Positions 17,420 to 25,766 of a stretch of 64,000 nt of DNA are shown here, piece by piece (within the stretch, counting starts at the first letter, position 1; the number at the start of each line of letters is the position of its first letter). The notes below the pieces were generated by a model. The model worked only from the letters and a program-made list of their open reading frames with translations, had not been told where the DNA came from and did not search any database. The position numbers and the translations under genes were made by a program. Source of the stretch: Bacteroidales bacterium (lineage in GTDB: Bacteria > Bacteroidota > Bacteroidia > Bacteroidales > UBA7960); contig JAAYLH010000088.1 of the NCBI GenBank assembly GCA_012521995.1, forward strand, positions 565-64,564, written 5' to 3'.

Positions 17420-20400
17420 ATGAGCCATCTGAATATTATCCTGAACAAGCGAATTGTCAAAGGCCTTGCAGGAGAAAGTATCCTCGACCTTGCCCGCAGG
17501 CATGGCATAGAGATACCTACCCTTTGTCACGACGACCGTCTGGAGCCCTATTCTTCCTGTTACCTCTGTGTAGTGGAGGTTGAAGGTATGCGTGGTTTAC
17601 AGCCCGCCTGCTCCACCAAGATCACTGAAGGGATGAGGATTGAGACCGAGAATGAACGGGTCATAAAATCCCGCAAAATGGCCCTTGAGCTGCTGCTCAG
17701 CAATCACTATGCTGACTGCATCGCGCCCTGCAGAGAGACCTGCCCCGCGGGGGTGGATGTACAGGGCTACATCGCGATGATCAACAAGGGAATGCACCAC
17801 GAAGCTGTTGAGATCATCAAGAATACAAACCCCCTCCCTGCCATATGCGGGAGGGTCTGCGTACGTCCCTGCGAGCTTGCCTGCCGCCGTAACCTTGTAG
17901 AAGGGCTTGGCGTGGGGATCGATTACCTGAAACGATACACTTCTGATATTGACCTCCTTGCATCCGATCGTTTCACTCCTGTTAAGAAACCCACAAGCGG
18001 CAAAAGGGTGGCCATCATCGGGGCAGGTCCGGGCGGCTTAAGCGCTGCCTTCTTCCTGGCAAAGGAAGGACACGAAGTGGAGATCTTCGAGGGGAATGCC
18101 CATGCAGGAGGAATGTTGCGGTATGGGATCCCCCCCTACCGCCTGCCCAACGACATCATCGATAAAGAAGTGGAAGGCATCACCGGCCTGGGCGTGCAGA
18201 TCCACTACAACCTGAAACTGGGTGAAAACCTGAGCTATGCCGAATTAAAGAACAACTTCCACGCCGTCATTCTGGCCATTGGTTCACAAAACGGAACCCG
18301 CATAGGTTGTGAAAACGATGATGCCGGCAATATCTTCTCAGGCATTGACTTCCTGAGAAATATGGAAGCGACGGGCCAGAAATACAACCTCAGCGGGAAA
18401 AAGGTAGGCGTCATCGGGGGCGGAAATACCGCCATGGATTGCTGCCGCACAGCCATGCGGTGCGGGGCCGAAGAGGTCACCGTGATCTACCGCAGGACTG
18501 AAATGGAAATGCCCGCAAACCCCATTGAAATACACGAATCAAAACTGGAGGGCATTCATTACCTCTTCCTAACAGCTCCCGCAAGGGTAAACCCCGATGA
18601 GCAAGGCAACATCAGCACGCTGACCTGCTTCAAGATGGAGCTGGGTGAACCCGATGCTTCGGGGAGGCGCCGTCCCGTAAAAATCGACGGATCAGAATTT
18701 GATATTGAACTCGACATTGTCCTGGCCGCTATTGGACAAAAAACCCACGTGAACTTTATTGAGGACATCAACCGCCATGCCGGAAAAGAACTGCTCATCA
18801 ACAAGTGGGGCGACATCGCCGCCGATAGCAAGACCCTGCGTACGTCCATCGACAATGTCTTTGCCTGTGGCGATGGGGTAACAGGACCTGCCACCCTCAT
18901 TGAAGCCATTGCCCAGGGTCGTCTGGCAGCCCAGGGCTGCCACAAATTCCTGTTGGGACAGGAAGTCACCCCTCCCCCTTACGAGTTCCTGAGCCGGCGC
19001 GACAACTTCCGGGAGCAACTGAAAGCCGACTATGAGGCCTGGTTCGAAAAACAGGAACGCCAGGAGATGCCTACCCTGAACCCCGCTAAAAGAAATAATT
19101 TTGAAGAGGTCGAACTGGGATATGATGATCAGGCCGCTTTTAAAGAAACCCTGCGTTGCCTTGAATGCGGCTGCACAGAGCTCTACACCTGCGAGCTGAA
19201 AAAGCATGCCACTAAATACGAGGCAAGACAAAATCATTACAAAGGAGACTTCAAAAACTACAGGCTGCGCTATGACCACCCCTTTGTGGAAATCGACAAC
19301 AACAAATGCATCCTCTGCAGCCGCTGTGTGAGGATTTGCTCGGAAGTGGTGGGAGCCAATGCCCTCGGGCTCATCAACAGGGGATTTGAGACCTATGTAG
19401 CTCCCAGTATGAGCGACTCATTGCTCCACACGCAATGCGAATCCTGCGGGATGTGTATCGAGACCTGCCCCACGGGCGCCATTACCGAAAACGTCCCCTT
19501 TAAACCGGGCCCAGTGCCCCTTGACCAATTCAACACCCTGTGCAATTACTGCTCGGTTGGTTGCCAGATCACCCTGCACCATAAGTCGCGCTTCTTTGGA
19601 AAAGCCGGGGGCAGCCACGGGCTGATCAACAAGGACGCAAGCATTTGCCGCTATGGCAAGTTTGGCTACCGCTACCTCAACAGGCCCGACAGGATTACAA
19701 AACCCCTATTAAAAGGCAATGGAGGCTTCAGGGAGATCTCCTTTGAAGAAGCCTTTAAGATCATTGCTGAAAAGATAAAAACCGTCACGCCCGATGAAAA
19801 TGCCTTCTATGCGGGCGCAAGGCTTAGCAATGAAGAGATCTATTTGATACAGAAACTGGCCCGAATGGCGGTCCATACAAACAATGTCACCAGCTTTCAT
19901 TACCTGGGCAGGGGTTCGGGCTTTTTTGAGAACAGCCGCAATAACGTACCCTTTGAACAAATCCATTCGGCCCGCCGTATCTTCCTCATAGGCAGTGAGA
20001 TCAACCTGGAAAATGCAGTACCAGGCTATTACATCAACAACCTGAGGGAAAAACAACACATTCCGCTGGAGGTGATCACTACAGAGAGTCAGAGCGCCAT
20101 GGCCCAAAAAGCCGACAGCGTGCTGGCGATTAAGTCCTATGAGCACTTTCTAAGGGCTGCCAACCATTACCTCCTTTCCTGCAAACAGCAAAACGACCTA
20201 TTCATTGAAGACCATTGCAATGGATTTGACCCCTATCGTTTGAACCTCATGCAGGAAGACTTCAACGAGATGCTCACCAAGGCCGGCTGCAGTAAGGAAG
20301 CCCTTGCTGCATTTATTGAAAGCTACAACAACGAACACCGGTCCATCATCCTGTATTCGGAAAAACACCTGAACGCTGCGGCCTGCCATGAGGTCCACAA

Positions 20401-21124
20401 CCTGGCATATCTTTGCGGGAAACCGGGCAAAAACGCCAGTGGGCTCATCAGCCTTAAGGAGAAGAACAATGCCGAAGGCCTGTTCGATATGGGCGCCTCG
20501 GCAGCCCTGGCCCCCGGAGGGAAGGACCTGCATGATGAAGGGGTCCGCATGCAACTGGCAAAGCATTGGCAAACATCAGGTCTGCCCGAAGGTATTGAAG
20601 AAGATCAGTGGGGTTTGTTTCGCTCAGGAAAGCTCAGGAATCTGTTTGTTTTTGGGGAAGACCCCATGGGATGCGCCATCGACAAAGGAGCCATTCGTGA
20701 AGCCCTTCAAAAGGCCGACTTCCTGGTGGTACAGGATCTGTTTATGACCGAAACTGCCGGCCTTGCCGACCTGATCCTCCCTGCCTCCCTGCATTTCGAA
20801 ACGGGTGGCAGCTTCACCAACACCCAGAAGTTCATCCAGCAGTTTGAGGCCGCTTACCCCGGGCTACTGCCCCTGGATAACCTCGGCCAGATAAAGCATA
20901 TGGCAAAAGCCCTGGGCGTGGAGTGGGCCTTCGAAGGCCCCGCCGATGTATTGCTGGAGGCTGCAGGCCTTATCAGGCAAATGCCTGAAAACGGCTGGGT
21001 GCCCTTCAGCTTTCATACCCCCGAAAACCAGCCGGAAACCCGTCATTTTAACCATGGCTGCGACTACCTTGTCAAGTATTTTGACGATGAATGGGATCAT
21101 GCGTTTAACCAAAACCAAGCATAA
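17420..21124 (+). CDS. fusion subunit: [2Fe-2S] ferredoxin, GltD-like NAD(P)H-FAD oxidoreductase, NuoG/FdsA-like Fe-S region, and a degenerate truncated molybdopterin-oxidoreductase (MopB) domain
   Basis: 1234 aa. N-terminus: IEIPTLCHDDRLEPYSSCYLCVVEV. GltD-like: CPAGVDVQGY...NPLPAICGRVCVRPCE, KRVAIIGAGPGGLSAAFFL...GGMLRYGIPPYRLP, VGVIGGGNTAMDC, VFACGDG. Fe-S: CILCSRCVRIC, CESCGMCIETCPTGA. MopB 4Fe-4S: CNYCSVGCQI. The FdhF-type CxxV[U/C]HGPS site reads SFHYLGRGSG. Confidence 0.8.
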   Translation: MSHLNIILNKRIVKGLAGESILDLARRHGIEIPTLCHDDRLEPYSSCYLCVVEVEGMRGLQPACSTKITEGMRIETENERVIKSRKMALELLLSNHYADCIAPCRETCPAGVDVQGYIAMINKGMHHEAVEIIKNTNPLPAICGRVCVRPCELACRRNLVEGLGVGIDYLKRYTSDIDLLASDRFTPVKKPTSGKRVAIIGAGPGGLSAAFFLAKEGHEVEIFEGNAHAGGMLRYGIPPYRLPNDIIDKEVEGITGLGVQIHYNLKLGENLSYAELKNNFHAVILAIGSQNGTRIGCENDDAGNIFSGIDFLRNMEATGQKYNLSGKKVGVIGGGNTAMDCCRTAMRCGAEEVTVIYRRTEMEMPANPIEIHESKLEGIHYLFLTAPARVNPDEQGNISTLTCFKMELGEPDASGRRRPVKIDGSEFDIELDIVLAAIGQKTHVNFIEDINRHAGKELLINKWGDIAADSKTLRTSIDNVFACGDGVTGPATLIEAIAQGRLAAQGCHKFLLGQEVTPPPYEFLSRRDNFREQLKADYEAWFEKQERQEMPTLNPAKRNNFEEVELGYDDQAAFKETLRCLECGCTELYTCELKKHATKYEARQNHYKGDFKNYRLRYDHPFVEIDNNKCILCSRCVRICSEVVGANALGLINRGFETYVAPSMSDSLLHTQCESCGMCIETCPTGAITENVPFKPGPVPLDQFNTLCNYCSVGCQITLHHKSRFFGKAGGSHGLINKDASICRYGKFGYRYLNRPDRITKPLLKGNGGFREISFEEAFKIIAEKIKTVTPDENAFYAGARLSNEEIYLIQKLARMAVHTNNVTSFHYLGRGSGFFENSRNNVPFEQIHSARRIFLIGSEINLENAVPGYYINNLREKQHIPLEVITTESQSAMAQKADSVLAIKSYEHFLRAANHYLLSCKQQNDLFIEDHCNGFDPYRLNLMQEDFNEMLTKAGCSKEALAAFIESYNNEHRSIILYSEKHLNAAACHEVHNLAYLCGKPGKNASGLISLKEKNNAEGLFDMGASAALAPGGKDLHDEGVRMQLAKHWQTSGLPEGIEEDQWGLFRSGKLRNLFVFGEDPMGCAIDKGAIREALQKADFLVVQDLFMTETAGLADLILPASLHFETGGSFTNTQKFIQQFEAAYPGLLPLDNLGQIKHMAKALGVEWAFEGPADVLLEAAGLIRQMPENGWVPFSFHTPENQPETRHFNHGCDYLVKYFDDEWDHAFNQNQA

Positions 21125-21125
21125 A

Positions 21126-21581
21126 ATGAAAACCTTTGATTCACTGGATGAGATCCTCGATTTTGCCATGAACTCCGAACAGGAAGCGGTGGACTTCTAT
21201 ACCGAACTTGCCGACAAGCAAAGAAACCGGCAGATCAGGGAGCTGTTCCTCGAGTTTGCGCAGGAAGAAGTAAGCCATAAGGCAAGGCTTCAGAAAATCA
21301 AAGAAGAGCAGCTTTTCGACCTCCAGACCGAACCCGTAACCGACCTGAAGATATCCGACTATGTGGTTAGCCGCAAACCCTCCCCTGAACTGAGTTATGC
21401 CGATGCCCTGGTGCTGGCCATGAAAAAGGAAAAAGCTGCCTTTAAGCTTTATACAGCCCTGGCCGAACGAACCGGAAACACCGGGCTGAGCAAGGTATTC
21501 CAGGCCCTTGCCCTTGAGGAATCGAGACACAAGCTACGCTTCGAAATAGAATATGACGAATACGTCATGCGTGAAAACTAA
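21126..21581 (+). CDS. rubrerythrin/erythrin-like diiron four-helix-bundle protein
   Basis: I chose the internal ATG at 21126, one nt after the upstream TAA, over the track start 20946, which lies inside the upstream gene. The 151-aa product has paired E...ExxH motifs (EQEAVDFY, QEEVSHK, KKEKAAFKLY, LEESRHK). Confidence 0.75.
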   Translation: MKTFDSLDEILDFAMNSEQEAVDFYTELADKQRNRQIRELFLEFAQEEVSHKARLQKIKEEQLFDLQTEPVTDLKISDYVVSRKPSPELSYADALVLAMKKEKAAFKLYTALAERTGNTGLSKVFQALALEESRHKLRFEIEYDEYVMREN

Positions 21582-21594
21582 GCTGCCTTAAATA

Positions 21595-21625
21595 CAAAAA
21601 GCCGGGAATCCCCGGCTTTATTATT
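21595..21625. terminator. bidirectional terminator between convergent genes
   Basis: AAAAA-GCCGGG-aatc-CCCGGC-TTTATTATT. The hairpin is flanked by an A-run and a T-run. Confidence 0.55.
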
Positions 21626-21655
21626 GTTGGAATTAACCTAAAGACAAAATTGGCC

Positions 21656-22255
21656 TTAGCTTTTTTTCTTGATGGTGCAGCCGATGGCCCTTGTAAAATC
21701 AGGCTCGGGACGCTTGCCTTTTATCAATGCTTCAATGGCATTGGCAAGGTATTTTTCCTTCACCTGTGAGGCATCCTGGTAGTTGTCGTCAATAGCGCCT
21801 ATGTAAGCTACTTTCAGCTCATCGCCAACGCGCTCAAGCAGGAAAACGTGGGGGGTGCGGGTAGCGCCATACAGCGGCAGCACCTTCTGGCCTTCATCAA
21901 AAACATAGGGGAACGGGAAGCCTTTTTCCCTGGCCCTTTCCTGCATCAGCTCATACGAATCCTGCGGCTGAACTTCAGGGTCGTTTGCGTTGATGGCGAT
22001 CACAGGGAATCCCTTGGCCGCATATTCCTGGTGCAGCGCGATCATGCGATCCTCGTATGCCACCACATAAGGACAGTGGTTACACGAAAAAATTACGATA
22101 AACCCTTTTGCATCAGGATAATCAGACATTGATACATATTTGCCGTCTACATTCTTCAGACGAAAATCACCAGCTACGTCACCTACCTGGTAGCCCTGGG
22201 TAAAACCGGCAGCTGCCAGGAAAAGGATGCCTAAGAAAATACTTGCACGCTTCAT
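21656..22255 (-). CDS. thioredoxin-fold redoxin (AhpC/TSA-TlpA family) with signal peptide
   Basis: 199 aa. Signal-like N-terminus, active-site context FSCNHCPYV, and a redoxin-like FPFPYVFD. Confidence 0.8.
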   Translation of the reverse strand: MKRASIFLGILFLAAAGFTQGYQVGDVAGDFRLKNVDGKYVSMSDYPDAKGFIVIFSCNHCPYVVAYEDRMIALHQEYAAKGFPVIAINANDPEVQPQDSYELMQERAREKGFPFPYVFDEGQKVLPLYGATRTPHVFLLERVGDELKVAYIGAIDDNYQDASQVKEKYLANAIEALIKGKRPEPDFTRAIGCTIKKKS

Positions 22256-22266
22256 TGTTTCTCAAT

Positions 22267-22767
22267 TTAGTTTAATAATGGTTTAATGATTGATTCCAAT
22301 TCTTCCAGGTGAAACTCCTGCTCATAAAAGCCACGGAAACCCCTGGCGAAAATCACCGTTGCCGGAATGGCACCTGTCCATTCCTCGCTGACCAGTGGAA
22401 TCCATCGGTTTGAGTCGGTATCGTCAAGCAGGACCACCTCGCTTTTCATTCCCATACGGTCAACAAAGGGAATCACCCTGCTTTCCAGTTGATTGGGAAA
22501 GTCGAGGCTCACCAGCAACACCTTCACTTTCTGATCCTTGTATTGTTCCTGGATGGTCTCAAACACAGGAATTTCCCTTACACAGGGAGCACACCAGGTG
22601 GCCCAGAAATTTACCACGTAAATCGTGTCATTCTCCAGGTGGAGCCTGGGTTCAAACTCATCAAAGCTGACCTTCCTGATGGCCCTGCCATCAACAGCAT
22701 AGACCTTGTTGATCATGGTCAAAAGACTAACAACCAGTGAAAAACCTAACAATATTTTTTTTGTCAT
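22267..22767 (-). CDS. TlpA-family thiol:disulfide oxidoreductase
   Basis: 166 aa. Signal or TM N-terminus and the WATWCAPCVREIP CxxC motif. Confidence 0.85.
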   Translation of the reverse strand: MTKKILLGFSLVVSLLTMINKVYAVDGRAIRKVSFDEFEPRLHLENDTIYVVNFWATWCAPCVREIPVFETIQEQYKDQKVKVLLVSLDFPNQLESRVIPFVDRMGMKSEVVLLDDTDSNRWIPLVSEEWTGAIPATVIFARGFRGFYEQEFHLEELESIIKPLLN

Positions 22768-23010
22768 TTTTTAATTATTCCAAATTAGCTCATATGGGCT
22801 TTTGCCAACGGTAATTGAATAAACAACGGAGTTAAATGATTGTTTGATTGTATCCGGCAGTTTTTAAGAAAAAATCCAAACCTTTTCTTTGAAAAGATGG
22901 TTTCCATCCTTTTTCAAACAAGCTAAGCCATGCGAGAACAAATTTTTTTAACACCTCCCAGTCCAGGGCCGTCTTTGACCAGGCAAGATCAAAAGCCCTG
23001 TTTTAGTCAT

Positions 23011-23060
23011 AGTTAATACGGAGTTAATACGGTTTAAACCGTATTAACTCCGTATTAACT
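23011..23060. repeat. 50-bp perfect palindrome built from 11-bp units around TTTAAA
   Basis: AGTTAATACGG AGTTAATACGG TTT|AAA CCGTATTAACT CCGTATTAACT. The reverse complement of the first 25 nt equals the last 25 nt. There is no flanking T-run. Confidence 0.9.
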
Positions 23061-23142
23061 CCGAATATGGTTTGAAGCTAGCATTGATTTACAAAGACTT
23101 ACAAAAACCATTATAAGTTCGTTTTTGTCAAAACAAACCTGT

Positions 23143-23180
23143 AAAAAAACGCCGTCTCAGGGAGGTTCACTGAGGCGGCG
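23143..23180 (-). terminator. rho-independent terminator of rny
   Basis: Minus strand: CGCCGCCTCAG-tgaacctcc-CTGAGACGGCG (one mismatch) followed by TTTTTTT, about 25 nt after the rny stop. Confidence 0.6.
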
Positions 23181-23203
23181 TAAAAAAGGCATCTTACATT
23201 TTA

Positions 23204-24745
23204 TTACTTGGCGTAGGCCACGGCGCGGGTTTCCCTGATGACCGTGATCTTGATCTGACCGGGGTAGGTCATCTCCGTCTGGATCTTCTTGCTCAGGTCA
23301 TAGGAGATCTGCTCGGCATCCTTATCAGAGACCTTATCACTTCCCACGATTACGCGCAGTTCACGACCCGCCTGGATGGCATAGGTCTTCACCACGCCGG
23401 GATAAGATAAAGCCAGCTCTTCCAAGTCGTTCAATCGTTTGATATACGACTCGACCACTTCGCGCCTTGCCCCGGGTCTGGCGCCCGAAATGGCGTCGCA
23501 CACCTGGATAATGGGCGAGATGAGGCTGGTCATTTCCACCTCATCGTGGTGAGAGCCAATGGCGTTCACCACTTCGGGATGCTCCTTGAACTTCTCCGCC
23601 AGCTTCATACCCAGCATGGCATGGGGCAGGTCGGGCTCGTTGTCGGGAACCTTCCCGATATCGTGAAGCAGTCCTGCCCGCTTGGCCAGTTTGGGGTTCA
23701 GTCCCAGCTCGGAGGCCATTGTGGCTGCCAGATTGGCCACTTCCTTAGAGTGTTGCAGCAGGTTCTGCCCATACGATGAGCGGTATTTCATTTTGCCGAT
23801 CAGGCGGATCAGCTCGTGATGCAGGTTGTGGATGCCCAGGTCAATGGCGGTGCGTTTGCCCACCTCAATGATTTCCTGGTCAATTTGTTTCTTCACCTTG
23901 GCCACGACTTCCTCAATGCGGGCAGGGTGAATGCGGCCGTCGGTCACCAGTTTATGGAGCGACAGGCGTGCAATTTCGCGGCGCACGGGGTCAAAGCCGC
24001 TGAGGATGATGGCTTCGGGGGTGTCGTCTACAATGATCTCTATGCCTGTTGCGGCTTCCAGGGCGCGAATGTTACGGCCTTCCCTGCCTATGATGCGGCC
24101 CTTGACCTCATCATTTTCGATGGGAAACACAGACACGGAGTTTTCAATGGCCACTTCGGTGGCGGTGCGTTGCAGGGAGTGGATCACCAGCTTGCGTGCT
24201 TCGTTGTGGGCGGTGATCTTGGCTTCATCCATCATATCTTTTATAAAGATCTGGGCGTCAGCCTGGGCTTCCAGTTTAAGGGTTTCAACGAGTTCAGCCT
24301 TGGCTTCATGAGCCGAAAGGCCGCTGATGGATTCCAGTTTTTCAAGCTGCTGCTTGTAGGATTTCTCCAGTTCGTTCTGTTTGCGTGCAACGATTTCGAT
24401 CTGGTTGCTGAGGTTTTCCTGGAGTTGGTTCAGTTCTTTCTGTTTGCGCTGGTAATCCTCCATACGCTGGGAGAAGGCCTGTTCTTTCTGCCTTAATTTA
24501 CTTTCGGCAGTGTTGATCTCCTGGTTTTTTTCAAAAACAAATTTCTCGTGCTCGGCCTTGAGCTGAAGGTATTTTTCCTTCGCCTGCAGCATCTTCTCCT
24601 TCTTGACAACTTCTGCTTCGGAGGTTGCTTCTTTCAGGATGTGCTGACTTTTCTTGACGATCGCCTTGCGCAAGATGGTGCTTGCGATCAATCCGCCCAA
24701 GCCGAGCGATACCACTGCAATAATGGCACAGATTAATATATTCAT
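23204..24745 (-). CDS. rny: ribonuclease Y
   Basis: 513 aa. N-terminal TM helix, long coiled coil, KH region ([16 protein letters not shown]) and HD domain (LLHDIGK...HH). Confidence 0.95.
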   Translation of the reverse strand: MNILICAIIAVVSLGLGGLIASTILRKAIVKKSQHILKEATSEAEVVKKEKMLQAKEKYLQLKAEHEKFVFEKNQEINTAESKLRQKEQAFSQRMEDYQRKQKELNQLQENLSNQIEIVARKQNELEKSYKQQLEKLESISGLSAHEAKAELVETLKLEAQADAQIFIKDMMDEAKITAHNEARKLVIHSLQRTATEVAIENSVSVFPIENDEVKGRIIGREGRNIRALEAATGIEIIVDDTPEAIILSGFDPVRREIARLSLHKLVTDGRIHPARIEEVVAKVKKQIDQEIIEVGKRTAIDLGIHNLHHELIRLIGKMKYRSSYGQNLLQHSKEVANLAATMASELGLNPKLAKRAGLLHDIGKVPDNEPDLPHAMLGMKLAEKFKEHPEVVNAIGSHHDEVEMTSLISPIIQVCDAISGARPGARREVVESYIKRLNDLEELALSYPGVVKTYAIQAGRELRVIVGSDKVSDKDAEQISYDLSKKIQTEMTYPGQIKITVIRETRAVAYAK

Positions 24746-24771
24746 GTTTGGTTAAAAGTTTGTTAAATAAA

Positions 24772-24977
24772 TAAAAAACCCGCAATTAATTCAAGGAGGT
24801 TTATAGAAACCCCAGTAATACAGGCTTAGGGGGTTAGCGTTTTTCGAACGTCCACTGTCCCAAAGGGAACATCCGCGGCGAACCGTGGATGGGGAGGCCT
24901 GTTCTAGAAACACCAAACGGGTCCCTAAAGTTTAATTGTGTTGAGTTTCACAAACGTATTCTTGAATTAATGCGGGT
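24772..24977 (-). ncRNA. candidate 6S-like (SsrS-like) structured RNA
   Basis: In the 257-bp gap between zapA and rny. The ends form a ~17-bp closing helix (ACCCGCAUUAAUUCAAG with CUUGAAUUAAUUGCGGGU). Further internal helices follow (UUAGGG/CCCUAA, GAAAC/GUUUC) and an apical CAUCCACGG-UUCG-CCGCGGAUG hairpin. The 3' arm is followed by UUUUUU on the minus strand. The position matches E. coli zapA-ssrS synteny. Confidence 0.45.
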
Positions 24978-25002
24978 ATACCAAGAATATTTTCAAAGAG
25001 CG

Positions 25003-25305
25003 TTAGCTTTCATTCAGATGTTCATCCAGTATCCGTTCAAGTTTTTGCAACTTATCCTTCAGCACAATTTGGCTGCCTGCTACCTGTTTAACTCCAAGGC
25101 TTTCCACGGCAAACTGCAGGGTCACCATCGCCAGCAGGTCCTGTTTGTCGCGGAAGGCATATGCACTGCCATAGTCTGTCATTTTATCCCGAATCAGCTT
25201 TGCGGCTTCACGGAATACTTGCTCCTCCTCTTCACTTTTTACGCTGAGCCTGTAAGGGCGTTCAGCAATTATCACGGATATTAACTGTTCCTTCATAAAT
25301 CCCAA
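25003..25305 (-). CDS. zapA: cell division protein ZapA
   Basis: 100 aa. ISVIIAERPYRLSV...EEEQVFREAAKLI matches the ZapA pattern. Confidence 0.85.
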   Translation of the reverse strand: MGFMKEQLISVIIAERPYRLSVKSEEEEQVFREAAKLIRDKMTDYGSAYAFRDKQDLLAMVTLQFAVESLGVKQVAGSQIVLKDKLQKLERILDEHLNES

Positions 25306-25311
25306 CAGGGC

Positions 25312-25596
25312 TTATCTGTTTAAAAGCGCGTAACACTTCTCGATTTCCCGCAAAAGTTCGTTCACTTTTTGCCTGGCCTGGCCTGAATCATCCGTCTCAA
25401 GAACCGAGCCGATGTGGCTGCTCGACAAACGCGTTTCCAAGTCCCTGATTTGATTGGCCTGCTCGTTGAGTTGCTCCAATAACTTTTGCTGATCGGTTTC
25501 AAGCTGGGATACCCTCTCCTTCAATTGCTTGTTACGTAATATCAGCCTTTGTGTTTTGTTTATAATGCCCTCAACGGTCAGCCCCAATTCGTCCAT
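25312..25596 (-). CDS. small coiled-coil protein (hypothetical), upstream of and co-directional with zapA
   Basis: 94 aa, heptad-rich (LKERVSQLETDQQKLLEQLNEQANQIRDLETRL), with a 6-bp gap to zapA. Confidence 0.5.
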   Translation of the reverse strand: MDELGLTVEGIINKTQRLILRNKQLKERVSQLETDQQKLLEQLNEQANQIRDLETRLSSSHIGSVLETDDSGQARQKVNELLREIEKCYALLNR

Positions 25597-25766
25597 TCCT
25601 GTTTGGCATTAAGCGTGCCACAAATGTATAATATTTCCACTAATTTAGGAAGAATTTTTGACTTGCCCAAAAATTTTAATGCAATCACCGAACCAATATT
25701 TTGGATTTTTGTAAATTTATTTCAAACTTTAGTCTTTGAATTCTGATCGGGTGCTTCCCGGGCAAG

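Noticed and set aside
17420-21124. Calling the 1234-aa protein formate dehydrogenase alpha subunit, or looking for a selenocysteine.
   Set aside because: There is no in-frame TGA. The position of the catalytic Sec/Cys-His reads FHYLGRGSG, the catalytic Arg context is not conserved, and the C-terminal MGD-binding domain appears to be missing. Only the scaffold is FDH-like.
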